A stretch of DNA of 64,000 bases from Hyphochytrium catenoides (taxonomy: Eukaryota > Protista > Hyphochytriomycota): contig FLMG01002763.1 in NCBI GenBank assembly GCA_900088475.1, forward strand, positions 74,776 to 138,775. Direction: 5' to 3'. The first letter of the stretch is position 1. The number at the start of each line of letters is the position of its first letter. Below are positions 29,276-43,500 of this stretch, piece by piece. The notes under the pieces were generated by a model. That model searched no databases. It was given only the letters and a program-made list of their open reading frames with translations, and was not told the DNA's origin. The translations under genes and the position numbers were made by a program.

Positions 29276-31571
29276 GGCGGGAGGACATGAACCGAAGAGA
29301 AAGTCACAAATCACCACCTGGGTTCCTGCGGCTTCTTATTGGCCCACCCACCCCCTAAGCATCTGGGGGAATACTAGGTTTGGAGCTAATTTTCTGGAAG
29401 CCTACCCACTTTGAAGAACGATGAGTTCAAGCTACATTATTACTTTATCCTCGAGATTATTATTGTTATTGCATCGCCAGCAGGCACGGACCAACGGATG
29501 CAGCAGAGCCTAACGCTAGCTGGTCAGAAGCACAGCCATCTTCGCCGCAAGAGCCAACCGAATAGACGCCGAGAGAAGATCTTAGCCTTGATGCTCAACG
29601 CATTCCCTTGGCGGCGCAGTCAGGAGGAACCTCTACTCAACCACCACCAGCGTGCTACTATACTCTCATAGTGACAGCCGAAAGAGACAATGATGGAAGC
29701 AACAATAGCGAAAAGGCGAGAAAGGACCGGAGCTCGACGTCCAACAGGGTGAGAAGCAGTACTGGTCCAACATGGTTTGGATTATGATAGGGCGTCCAGA
29801 TCTTTAGCTGGTATAACCTTCCACCTCCACCACCACCTTATTATACTATCTACCAGGTTGTTGGCTCAAACTGGCGGAACGATTGCTGCTAGAAGGAGGT
29901 ATGCACAGAATGCCTACCATCTATCGTTTTTCTATGACACCACTAGGTTCTAGGAGCAACACACTCAGATCACAGCATTTAACCAACAAACATGTCGCTC
30001 TTCTTCTTCATGACCCGCGTTTCTTTCCCAGCTCCAAGTGACCCGCATTTAGTCCTCTTCCCAAGTGCCCTTGCGCCAGTCTATGACCCTCCTCCTTTCT
30101 GCTACCACCCTTGTAAGTTGTCTAATTATTACAGAGCGCAGCAGCGTCGTTCAGGCCACAAGCACTACTAGTGAGCTTACACGTGGGCACTAGAACGAAG
30201 GGGCTGGGCTATGGAAGAAGAGAAATTCCCGTGTTCCCATCCTGGTCAAAATCCATTTCAAAGTCTGACCTGACAATTCTTCCCATTGCTATCCGTTCTT
30301 GTCGCCTCCTTCGTTGGCAAAGCCTCAGACTCAATGATGGACCCTCCTACGTGGCACCGGAGCGGCCCCCATTGCTGCTGTTGCAGAAGAGTTCTAGAAA
30401 GGCCAATGCAGTACATACAAGCAACATATATAGGTCAAGCACCAGCCAACATGCGGCGTCGTTTCTCCTTGGTCTCGTGCACAACTGGGACCAGGAGACA
30501 GACTTTGTGCTGGCGCGCCCCTATAGCTCTGCTTCTGATCAATCTCTGCTCAGACCTGCAGACTGCGGGCCATCCCATGGTAGATAACTGCAGACGACGA
30601 CAGGAACATGATCGACATGATGTCGATCGAAGACTGGAGCAAAGTGATGTTGATGAGTTGAAGATTTGTATTGGAAGAAACTTTCATCGATGCGACACTT
30701 AAGGTCTTGACCTCAAATTCCAGTATGAGTGATCTGGGGACTGTGATCTGGAAGATTTCATTATTTCTTCCGTTGAAAGTTTGGCGTTCCCTTCTATAAC
30801 AAACCATGAAGCAATGTGGTCCCATGTGAAGGGTGTCGTGGACCTTGTAGAGAGACTCCGATGGATTTTGCTGCTACACTACATTCATATTTCTCCCTTC
30901 GCCGCAGTTCTTCATATATATATCTCTTGCCACCTCTTCTCTGTCTCTTCGGCCTCCAATAAAGCTTCTGCGCTATCAATAATGGCTCAATCGTTCTCGC
31001 GGGTAATAAGGACTCTGTCTCGCTTCTCTGGGCGTATTGTGAGGTGATCGCGAGAACGGAAGCTGTGCATGAAGATCACGAAGATCATCACCGCTTCCTG
31101 CACGTCGCGCTTCTCCAGAGACAGAAAGGCGGAAGCTAGGTTAGCCTTCCAACTGCTTACGTCCGCTGAGAGTGATTACTACCGCCAGGAAAGGGAGATG
31201 CCCGAAAGCGTCGGCCCCTACGTGTCAAGCTCAGGCAGGTAACACTATTTCTCATTATGGTGGGACTCTTGAGGCTCTATCTTAGTGCTTGCAGAACTTA
31301 CCTACGTACTATTAACATTTCCTACTCGTTTCAGTGGGATCGATTCTGAGGGATCATCCTGTACATCTTCTGGGAGTCTGCGCTTGAGTTTTCCCCAGTC
31401 TCTCGTCCCTGATCTCCTTTCGCCCATAGTCTCTGCATCTAAGGTCTGCGAACTGAATGATGTCAGCTGCAGTCAAGCGAATGAGGAAGCTAAGCAGCTT
31501 TGCTCACATTGCCCTCGTCTGCCCACCTTATTGTCTACTATAGGAGAAGAATATAACCTATTAGGCATAGT

Positions 31572-34500
31572 ATGCGACAAGGCGATGGGGAGAGTAATTT
31601 AGAGCCTGGTAGGTGAGGAGTGGGAGAGTAAAGGGTGAGAAGCGTGGGACAGGAGGACCCCTCACTCTGAGTGATAGCGACTGCTGCGTGCATTTGACAA
31701 CCTCTCATACCTTGACGCTCGCACTACGGTGACTGATTGATTTATGTCTCTAGTGTTCAGCACGTCGACTCCTCCTGTCACAACAAGATCGGAGGCGGGG
31801 CAAACTCAAGGAGAGCCTAGCGCCGCTCTCCCTCCTGAGCTGCTTAAGCTAGACAGCACCGTCCGTTCTACTTCTTCCGGTAAGGCTTCAGACGGTAACA
31901 GCGGTGGTGCTGCCCTCCTTTACCTCCTTTAGTGTGCCATCTTGAGTGCAATCTGTCTCTTGCTTCACACTTTCCTACTCATTAAGCCCTTCGCATATCC
32001 CTCTAGTCCTGACCTTACTGAGCCGCTTCATGGGGTTATGTGTTGAATACAGAGAGCTGGGAGCTTATATCGCAAAGTGAGGCAGGCAGTATGGACAGCG
32101 CGATGGAGAGCAACGGTGAGGAGGCCAAGACAAGAGACGGTAAGACCAGTTATGGGGGAAAAGAGATGAATGAGGTCAGCAAGCCTGAGAATACGAGGGA
32201 CCAGCGCTCTATATGGGGTTCGGCGCCGAAGCGTACGGAACCCCAGGGTATCAGTAGAGGGACATCTCCATCAAAAAGTAAAATCTACTTTTTGCTTTTT
32301 GTTGTGCAGAGTATCCGCCGTCGGAGTCCAAGACAGTAAACACAACCGACTTCCCTTCCTCTTCTCCGCCCAAGATTGACCTGAGCAGCCCGTCTCTTGC
32401 CATTAAAGAGACTAGAAGTAGAACAAGAAGAAGAACGAACTCTGCCCAGAAAAGGGTGGAAGAGAAGTTCAGGGGGCTCAAGGCCGAAGTACGGAGCGGA
32501 GAGCCTGATGTCACGTCCCTTTCCTCTACTGTCCCGCCTCTCTCCTCCTCTCCACTGTCCTCGTCTGCGGAGGATCTGGCCTTTAAGGGCCGTGATATTC
32601 TTGCCGCTGGTTTTAATTCCAGCCCTAAAGGACACATAGAAAAGCCAACAGCGGTTGAGGAGGACCTACCATTAAGTGATGGGTTCGGTGGCGTCGGAGA
32701 AAGTGAAAGAGAAGGAAGTTCTGGCCCTAATGAGCTCCCTGGGTCTCTATCTGTCTCACCCTCCTCTAAGAGGGATAGAGCAACCACTGAATCGCCATCC
32801 TCCGGTCACAATCTTTCCTCCGTTAATGGGCACGGGGAAAGGGTCGCAAATGTTCCGTGCCAGCTACCTGGCTTGGGAGAAGCCAAGGGGTTAGAAGACA
32901 GACACGGTGAGAATATGGGAGATGTTCCGTATCAGCTACCTCGCTTGGAAGGGGCCAAGGGGTTAGAAGAACCCGTTTCTTCTCACGTCAAGCAAGACAT
33001 GGTATTCTCTACAGAAGAGGCATCCACTAGCTGGCCCGCCGACGCAAGCCATGCTTTCAGTTACCCTTTGTCTGAGCCAACTGAAGTGCCGCACTCCTCC
33101 GAGGTATCTCAACCCGGCACTCCGGCGGCGGAGGGATTGATCAAGCAGAGAGAAGAACCCAGCCTGTCTCCAGGCAAAGCAATTGTTGCTTGGCCGCCGG
33201 ATGATACCGTGGCTCTCCGGCAAAACTCATCTGACCGAGGACCAGAGGACTCGGTCGCGGCTCTGTCTAGTGCTGGTGACAGGAAGAGCTCGATTGGGGA
33301 CGCATCCACACTGTTCTCAGGGTGCGAGGATCCTGTCCATTCGTCATCATTTCAAGCTGCATTAGCTCAAGTGGTAGCAGGAGAGAGCGACAATTTCTTC
33401 GCTTCTTACGGAGCAGGAGAGCGCTCATTTGACTCGCCTCTAGGCCCTGTTTCTTCTTTCAAGGAAGGAAAGAACGAAGCTGAAGCGGGAGCGATCACTT
33501 CTCTTACCGCTACGAGTGAGACACAGCCGACAGCTATGGAGAGCTTCGACGTGACAACAGGTAGCCAGGTTTCCTATAGAGGAGGGAGAGAAGAAGATAA
33601 AGTGGACCGTCTTCTCCCGTCGTCTTCCCCCTATACTGGGGGCATCGGAGTGAAGATGAGCGAACTATCAGAGCACTTTGGTATGACATCGACTTCCTCG
33701 TTGCATGTGACGGAAGATGGTGTGACGATCGCGTCTTCCCCACAGGGCGCCGCATCTGCTGCTTCTGCCGTTAAAGGACCTCCATCTACCGCGTCTGCTT
33801 CTGTCAGCCCTTTATCATCTCAAAGTCTCTTTACTGCTCGTCCTTCGGACACCTTCTTTGCTATGGCACAAGACAGGGGAGGAGCTGAAGATGAGGTTGC
33901 TGCTCCACCGCCGAAATCGACTTTGTTCGCCACTGATTCTATTCCCAAACCCGATGATTCTCCTTTTGTCAACGCTGAAGGGACCTATGACCCCGTTAAG
34001 GTGGATTTTGATGCTCAAGGGACAGAGCCGGAGGCAGGAGAGAAAACGGGGAGGCATCTCACGGTGTCAGACCTGCGCTCTCCTATGACTGAGCATATTG
34101 GCCCTCGAGATACAAGCGCTTTTGACCTACCACCTCTTACATCTCTCTCGTCCCTCCCGCTGACTCAACCCGAAATAACCAGCACAAGCGTCCCAGTGAT
34201 AGAGACCTCTAAGTCCAGTATCTTAGAAGAAGATCCAGCAGAGAGGCAGAAAGTCGGTGAAGAAAGTGGACTGAATACTGATCCTCTTGAGGCTGCAACC
34301 CGTCCCAAGCGCTCCTCTGTGGGCGACGCGTCCACGCTCTTCGGCGATTCCGAGGGACAGCAATCGGACTTTTTCGGCCCTGTGAGGACCAACAGCTACA
34401 ATAGTCCGTTTTCTTCGACATTGCCATCATCCTTCCCGTCTACAGAGGGAACTTCTGTCTCGTTTGGTAGCAGATTTGGTGACCAGGGTAGTCTTCCACA

Positions 34501-37500
34501 GGAAGACACGATGTTCGCTTTCTCTACTGCATCTGAGGCATCCCCAGCATCTTCGACCGTCTTGTTCCCTGTCTCTGTATCTCCGAAACGTTTACAAGAG
34601 CAGGCAACATTCCCATCTTCAGCGATCGACGTGTCTTATTCGCAAACAAAGAAGCCTAGCAGTCCAAGAAGCGCCAAAGTTTCGCCACGTAACTCAACAC
34701 AACTCTCTCCGAGGAGAGATGCGTCTTCTCTTTTCGATTCTGGCCAAGAAGAGCAAAAGTTTGACAAGCCTTTGGAAGGTGGAGTCGCGTCCTTCCCTCC
34801 TCCTCCTGGCCCCGACTACTGGACAAAGCCTGAGAGTCCTCCAAGAGTTAGACATGATGGTGGCGAGAAGGCTGGCAGAGGTGATGGCCAAGGGATGGCA
34901 GGAAGGGATACAGAAGAGCGACGTGTGATTCCTCAGTCGCCGCCTCCGGTGGCTGCCTCCCTGTTCTCTCCCCTAAATAGTGCCGATCCTTTTTTGAGAG
35001 AGAGAGGGTTTTCAACCCCGAAAGCAGATGCGAGCTCACTTTTCGCCAGTTCGCCCAAAGGAGATGCTTCCTCCCTATTTGGTACACCACCTTCCTCCTC
35101 AGACCCGTTCTCTTCCTCAGCCACTCTGATGTCTGCAGCGTACTCACTGTCTGCAACAGAAACCAGTAATCCCTTCTCAGGACCCGTCCCCACCTCGGCT
35201 TATGACCCGTTCAGTGGTCGTAGTCCTGTTATAGACAATTCTTTTGGGCCGCGAACAACGGCTTCTGAAGCTGCTCTTTCTCTATCTAGCACTGGCTCTT
35301 CGACGATGCCAGGCTCAGGACAGCGACCCCGCCTCTCCCCTCGCAAGATGGCTCCTCCCTCACCGGTTCTTATCCCTCCGAAAAGTATAGAGGGTGCTAC
35401 TCTGAACATACAGACAGCTGAGGACGCTCTCCAGAAAGCGGCACCTATGGCTCCCTTGCAGTCCTTCCCCGCCTCCGCCCCAGGTATATACGAGAAGATG
35501 GCTTATGAAGTATACAGTACTTCAGCCTAGCCTCAGATGCGTGCTCCCTTCGATCTTCTCCCTGTCGAACTCGGCCTGCTATTCTCTCATTCTCGTTCCG
35601 CTATAAACTCTTCAGCCTTTTCGTTTTGTCCCCGACTTGTCACTGACTTGTGGGCGTCAGGCTCCCGGACCACCTCTCCCTCTGGAAGGCCTAGAATGCA
35701 CCCTCCTTCTTATTTTGGCTTCGAATCATCAACGCGACGTCCCCCTGAAGCTCAACCAGGTGTGAATCCGGTGCCGCCCCCGTTCTTACGGGGCATCGCT
35801 TTAGTTTGTCGTTAGCACCTTCCGTGGTTTACAGAGTTGTCCGCTGCCTGTAACCACCCCTCTCTCCTTTGTATCGCTCCTCTAGGCGAGGTAGAAACAT
35901 CTACATTGAAGCAGCGGCAAGAGCCACCTCCGGCAATCTCGTTCAGTTCTTCGTCCTTGGGTGGACGCTCACCATCCTCACGCGCTGGTTCTCCCAAGGC
36001 AGCAAAGACCTCTCATCATTCTTCAGCAGGCAGAAGCTTAGCATTAGAAACTACCGACGTTAATAGAAGCGAAATGACAGGAGCAGGAGCGTCTTCGGAG
36101 CAGATCTATGCAGCCGAACTTTTTGGAGGACCCCCTCCAGAAGATCCATTTGCCTCGTCGTTTTATAATCCCCCTGTTCTCAGAGAAAGTATGGCGGAAG
36201 TCAAACAGGAGGAGCCGGTAGGTTTGCTTTATACATTGCTAGTCTTCTAGTTCCTATTGGACGTACAGTTGACAGGGTATGCGGTACCTCCGTCATCAAG
36301 TAACTCACTCTCCTTACTCCTATAGTTGTAGCCTCCTTGCTCCGACTTCCGCGGCCGTGCGCTTTCACTTCCAATAGTGTTACGTGTACTCTCACCCTGT
36401 ATCGTTCTTCTCTAGTATTTCTCTACACTTTGGGTTGTTGTTAGAGTTGTATACCCTTTCTGCGATGAGTTCATCCTTCCCCTCTTACCTAGTGGTCTCA
36501 GCATCAGCTATCCCTGTTCACCACCTGTCTTGCGATGCTGTCCCTTTTCCATAGCCCCCACCGCCTGTTACCGGGGATGTCTTTGGTGGTGAGACCAGAA
36601 ACGACATGGCTGACATTTTCAGCTCTGAACCTACCAAAGGGATTGCTGGAGGGAAGTTCGGAGCCTTTGAAGTCCCTCCACCTCCTGCTGCGGAGCTGTT
36701 TGGAAAGACTTCTCCACGCACCACATCCTCCATCTTTGGCGCCTCTTCATCCACATTCTCGTCACCTTTCCCCTCTTCTACCCCAACCCCATCTTCTTCT
36801 TGGCCACAAGCCAGGAATGAGAGCGAAAATCCTGCGTCGTCTATCTTCTCCCACCCTCCTGCTCATAGCACAGATTACGGTATGACCCAAGCAGCTAGTA
36901 TTCCCGCGCACTCATCTTCCCGCTTCACCGGAGGAACGGGGGCCAACTCAAGCGGGATACCTGGTGGTCCTTCCTCTTACACGGGCCCTTCTCAGCAGTC
37001 GGGCTCTTTTTCTCGGAACGCCACAGCCCCTCCCTCCTCAAAATGGCCCCTGCCCCCTTCCGCTGCGCACCAAAAGCATCCAGCACCCACACAGGTAATT
37101 GGGCCCGATCACATACTACATAAGGTAGCTGATAACAGTATCTTCCTTCCTACTTTTTCCGTCTCTCATTGTCGACATGGTCTCCTACTCCTCTATTATG
37201 CAGCCGAGTTTTGCACCGGCGCCCTCCTTAGCAGCTCCTAGTTTTCCTGCCGCCCCAACAGACCCATATAGCTACCAGTCACCCTTAAGAACCGCGACAA
37301 GACAAGAACCATCAGCCTTCTTCTCTCCTACACCGGCCGCGGTACCTTCATCGGGTGAGCTTGAGAGTACTTTCGACTCTTTTGATGTAGCTGCTTCCTT
37401 TCTGTTTGCCCGCTCCCTATGTTAGCGAGATGAGCTGCTGTAGACATTTCTTGTGCTTGTCCTTGCATCAAATAGTACAACTAACCCAAAGCAAATAGGC

Positions 37501-40500
37501 CCTTCCTCTTTCTTCTCCCCTCAAGCTCCCCGGTATGGAGAAGCCCCATCTCCGTACCCGTCTACCTTCACACCCCAGCGCCCTCCAGCCGTCACCCAGT
37601 CATACGGAACCGTAACTCCCAATCCTCTGGATATGATCAAGAGGTCAATATTCAAAAATGTGGTTATTATCATCATGCATTTTCAAACCATGAGAAGCTT
37701 AGTCTTATCTTCCCCAAGATCTCTTGTCCCGTTGTTTACCTGCCGACCGTCTGCTATTCTTCCTAAGTCTTCATAGGCAGCGTATCTTCACCTTCACTAG
37801 CCAATGGTTGTCTATATGGTTATTCAGAAATTCTTAACCCCTTTGAGGCTTCTGTTAAGCGTTGCTTGGTGTTAAGCATCTTCTTTGATGTCCTAGATCT
37901 ACTCTGTGATAGTGTATACTGTAGCATTTTGATGTGGCTCCTCGCAAATCCGCTCACATTTCACTCAGGCAAGCTATGAAGCCGAAAGCTACCCTTGAAC
38001 GACAGGCTAGTTCGGAGCCGTTTGGTTCTCATTCCGCCACTTCCACTTTCCGGGGCCCGAGACCACCAGCCTGGGGGTTGTCAAGCCCTACTCCTGTTGC
38101 AACTGGTGGAAGCGACTCTGCCAATAGCAGGTACCAAATAAGAAGAGAAAGTGCTTCGCCAAGTTATGGCCGAAGTGTAATAGAAGGCGGAGCCGTGCTT
38201 GAGAAGAGAGCCAATAAGAAAGCTGAAAGGGGTCAAAATAGAGGGAAGGAAGCCATATTGGTTGCTATAAAGAGGAATCTGAGGGACAATAGATGAGGGA
38301 AAACGGGGTCAGACAGCGGGCAAGGGTGGAGCTGGGGGAGAAAGGAAGGGGAGAGAGATGAAACCTGACTGCGATGCCAGCGGGATGAATCACATTACAC
38401 TTATATGTTAGGTACCGGGACCCTACGCGGAAGCCTCCCAGCGCCATAGTCTCCTTTGGTTTTGGCGGTAACCTAGTAGTGATGCATCCTAAACAGAAGA
38501 TAAAGTTTATCAATCTAGCAGGTAAGGCAAAGGACAATAGAATCCGGTGGGGCCGTCGCCAGTAGAGTTTGATTTGCATGTTGAGAGCGTCTATCCGCTA
38601 TTCCCTTCTTTCGAGGTTCATGTCGCTCCTAAATTGTTAGTTGGAACAGCTTGCGCAGTTTATTTAACGAGCGATGTTCCTTTCTAGCTGGGGGACCCGA
38701 GCCTAGTGAGGTGCAGAAGGGACCTATCCGTATCTATTCCCTCAAGGTTAGGTTATGCCATAGAGAGATTTTCAGCTTTTTGCTTTTGGTTGCGTTATTC
38801 CTTTCACACTTAATACCCTTGAGCTCGCGCTAGATTCCTTGAAGTATGCTCCGTATTACTCTCCCTTCCTCCTTAGCCCTACCTGGAACATTTACTTCCG
38901 CTGGTTGTATGAGCAGTAACATGACTAAAATGACCTAACCCCTGCGTTGCTGCTGCCTGCTTCACTCTTTTACGTTAGGCTCTTCTCTCCTCCGCGCAAG
39001 AAGTTTCCCAGATCTTCCAGTTTCCTGGGCCGCTCGTGAGTGGAAGGAAGTTGAAGTCTGAGAACATCCTCTCCTACGTGGACCAAATGCTAGCTACCCT
39101 TAAGAGCTCGCCTGCAGCTTTCGAAGAAGACGAGTACCTCCTTTGGTCTGCCGTTAGATTGCTTATCAAGCACAACGGGTATTGTCCTAATCCTTCTCAC
39201 ACTCATGACGGTTGTCTCTCTGGTGGACTTGAATGGCTCTCCGTCTAGATGGCTGTCACCACATCGTAGAAAGCCATTCAAGTTTGGATTCTCATCTCTC
39301 TTTGCATTTCTTTCAGCGCGACGTTCCGCTATATGCTTGATATAGTTCTTGTCCTTGATTTGGCTGTTCTGAAGTTGCTATAGAGTAATTCTTTCTTCTA
39401 TGTTTCCCTCCAGTTCTGAGTCTCCATTGGCATAGTTCTTGTCCTTGATCTTGCTTTTATGAAGTTGCTCCATAGTAATTCTGTCTTCTATCCTTTGCTT
39501 CAATGTTCAGTCTCCACATCATAAATCCGTCTCCCCTATGTGTGCGTCGTTACTTCTTACAGCTCTCTATCAAGCGAGAAAGGTCTTTTGGAGCCAAGTT
39601 CACCAGAGAACGCACTTCTCTCCCTCTTGAAAGATCAAAAGCAACGGAAGAGTCCTGCACCTGCCCTGCCTCCACCTAGGTTGCAACGTATGAAGACGGC
39701 AGAGGTGATATTCGTGATAACCAGCCGCGCATCCTTTAAAATCTCTGGCATTCTAGACCACACGGTCATGGCTCATGTTGGGCGACTCTCTTGTGGCATC
39801 TGCAGCCAATCTTCGCTTAAACTGGGTCAATGTTAGTTCTGATCAACTTGTATGGCAGGATTTGAGGCTCGCCTACGAGAACGTCAAGAAATGTCTGAGC
39901 GGAGGTGATAGGGAAGCTGCCGTGACTGCCGCTTTACTAGGAGAACTTTGGGAGATGGCCTTTCTAATTGCCGCCACTATTAGTCAAGAGTCGTACCAGG
40001 TGATCTGCCCTGGTCTAGTACTATTATGTTCTTTGATTTTTGTGTTTTTGTCACTTCGTTATGCAGCTGTCCTTCTAGTTCCCGCTTTATAGCTTACCTA
40101 AAATCTCTGAGGTTAACTTTTCATGTCTCGCCGAATCTCACTTACCTGCCAACTTCAACGGCAGCGCCAGCCTTTGTTATTGTGTTCGCTCTGGCATTCT
40201 CTTCGGCCTTCGATATCACGTTTTTATCCCTACTTTTTCACTTTGTGCCATGATCCGTTCCTTCTCTGGAGCTTTCGCCCTGGCATATTCTTCAGCCGTT
40301 TATATCACCCCATTGACTCTACGTTATTTGTGCCATGATTCGTTCCTTTCTCTAGAGGGTTGTTGGGCAGTATGTGAACTCCACCTTCCCTGTTGGTGAT
40401 CCTTTGGCTACGGTCTTTGGCGTGTTTGCAGGACAGGTAACAGCTGGGATAGTATGTCATCTATGCGCTATGTTACTTTTGGGAATCAAGTCTCTAAGCG

Positions 40501-43500
40501 GAACTAAGCAGTTTCTATGAGCTTGCGTTTCAACATTTCTTCCACTCTTTACTTCATCCATTGGTCGTTGCCTTCTTGCCCGCCATGTCATCCCTCTGAC
40601 GTCGGGGCTTGGCACGTCTTCCCTTCCTCCACGGCTTTGTAGGGCACTAAGGCCATTCACGAGCCCGCCAAGCTGAACCCTCTTGAGTCCTCACAGAAGC
40701 CTCTGAACATTTTGGACCACTGGCAGGAGAATGTGGGCATGCTCATTGCGAATTCGACAGGTGCCAGAGCTCAATGCTTGCTTTGGGTTCGTTCTTAACT
40801 TGGTTTTTTTATAAAAATAATAGCGATAGCTGTGTAGTCACTGTTGCTTGGCCATTTATTGGTTGAACTAGCTAGCCCATGGTTGCCCTATTTCTTCCCC
40901 CACATTCTTAGCTTTCGTTCGTTACGTCATTTAGTCTGACTTGGTGCGCAATGTCTCATCTCTCATCATCTTTGTCCATTCCTGTTTTACTCTTCTTTCC
41001 TTGTCCTCCCTCCAACCCCGTGTCGACCGGCAGGTCCAAGCACCAAACAGGTGCTGATAGAGCTAGGGGACAGGCTCTGGAACGAAAGAGGAAAGATAGG
41101 AGCTGCACACTTTTGCTATCTAGTCAGCGGCATGACTCTAGAGCCCCCCTCTCCAAGTTCCCGACTTGTTCTTATTGGAGGTGACCACCGCTCGCCTGGA
41201 AGCCGAGGAGGGAGGTCGTCCCTTCTATCTCCTTCAGCGATACAGAGGACAGAGATTTATGAATGGGTGCTAAAGCAGTCAAACACTCAGGCGAACTTAC
41301 TCTCATTCCAGGGCTACAAATTGCTGCATGCCATGCAGGTAGGAAGGCATCTAGGTCTAGCGATAAGGTTCCTATAGGGAAGGTGAAGGAAGGTGAAGGA
41401 CGGTCCAGGTCGACTTGGGTGCTCGTCGAAGACGAACCAAGAAAAGAAAGGGGCTGTGGATATTGAGACGGTAGAGTGATAGCAAAAATAGCAACCGATG
41501 CTATTAGGGGGGGATTGTGGTATGCAATTTATGGCATGCGTGACTTCGGGATGGTCCTCGTCACAAGAAAAGGACACGACAGACGCAAAGAGATGTAAAC
41601 AATGGAATAGCCGAATCTCACCGAAGAGATCATCATATATCTGCACATTTCTGACGCTGTGCCTTTAATATCTTCTCCTAGCTGGCCGACTATGGGGATT
41701 GTGACCGTGCTCTCCAATATGTCGTCGCCATAGATGGTATATGCAAAGCTGCAGCAAGTGCAGGAGCTAGGGATCCCGTAAGCGGCCACTCTTCTCTTTC
41801 ACCTCCATTGTTTGCAGCGTTTGAGTTCAATTTATCAACTTCTTGCTGCTACGCTCTGGCTTCAACTTTTATCCTTCCGCAGTTCTACTTCCACCTGGGG
41901 TTCTCTACTTGATGAATTCGTTCAGGAGTAGACCTCTAATGATAAAACTCCATTTTCCGGCGTCATCGCTCTTCCCTTCCCTATAGCAAGCCGCCGCCTA
42001 TGCGGAGAACATCCTGGCACAGCTTGCGATTCTCGAGGATAGGTTAAGAGCGCATATGGGAGAAGCGAAAGCAGAAGAGGCAGCCAACAAAAGTACGTCA
42101 ATCGGTACCACACGTAGCTTGGGGCTCCAAGCGGTTGCTGCTTCTCTTCTATTGCGCCTATCGTGAGAATCTGCAAGGACATTACTGCTCTACCGACCCT
42201 TTCCTCTCGCACTCCAATCGAGAGTGTCGCTAGGCGACCCGAGCATCATCCACTCCAGTGCTCTTGGCTGAGTTATTATTATCTCCTGCGGACTTTGGGA
42301 GGTAGAACCTTCCGTTTTAACCTGCTTCTTTCAGGTCAAGGAACAGGGCTCTTGAAGCGCATCTTCTCTGGTGTAGATAAGGTGATTGAACGTCTAGCAG
42401 ATGACTCTCCAAAGAATGCAAAGAAGACCGTGGGGGCTCCTCCATCAGCTTCTTCGTCTTTCTATGGGTCAACAGCTCTAAGACCATCCGCTCCGGCTTC
42501 AGTGACCCCTCCCGCCGGACCTGCAGCTTGGGTGAGTGGACAAGCAACCAGACAATAGAGAAGAGAGTACAGAAGAGGCACAAAGGAAAGAGGTCAAAGG
42601 GCGAAGCATATGTTTAAGAACCTTAACAGCATGGGTGTTGATACGTCCTATATAGTAGAAAAGGGATATGGGCATCACAGAAGCCTAACTCTCGCTTTAC
42701 GCTCTTACGTCTTCTACTGTTAGGAACAACCTGCTGCAACACAAGCTGTTGCAGAGCTTCCACCACCTTTGCAGATGTCACTATCAGCCCGAATCCCGGT
42801 AAGCCCGTTACATTGTGTTAGGGTGGTAAAAGTGCAGGAGGAAATAGATGCTGGATACCTCTAAAAAGATGGCTAACGATCCGGTGCATAAAGGAGAAGG
42901 ATTAGAAAGGGTTGAAGTATACCAATCTCTTTCGCTAGCGAGAGACAAAGACCACCTGCCTGGCATTGTTAGGATGACTTCGCACTAACTCACTGCAATT
43001 CTAGCCTGTGGTGGATGATAAACCCACTCCACCCAAGCGGACCAATTCCTCTCCAAACCTTGCTCAGGGTCAGTCAAGGGACAAGACGGGAGGACAGAAG
43101 GGGCCGTCCTCTTCTCCCACTCAGCCTCGTCCCTCCTCTCAAAATGATGAGACATCAAGCGTCTCATCAGAGGGTTCGAGGAGCAAGACGCCTCCTCGAG
43201 ATGCACAGAAGAAGAAGGGAGGAGGTTGGAGCATCACGGGGTGGCTAGCAGAGAAAGTCATACAGTCTCAGAATCCCGATGCCAAGGTAGACGCTGAAGA
43301 GTATGCTATTCTTTCTGCTTCTGTTTCAGCGCGATCAACCCCGTGGGGGGCAGTCGGTCCTTTTTCTCCTAGCGCTTGTAACTTTTTCTCTTCGCTTTTC
43401 CTTCGGCCGGCACGTCTTTGCGTGACTCTGTGTCCATCTTGCTCTTTAGACTGATGACCTCGCTTCCCTATCCCCTGCACTTCCCCCTTTCCGCTGTGCG

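Noticed and set aside
30171-31047. Overlapping 90-140 aa ORFs on both strands
   Set aside because: No domain signature or consistent splice chain could be built.
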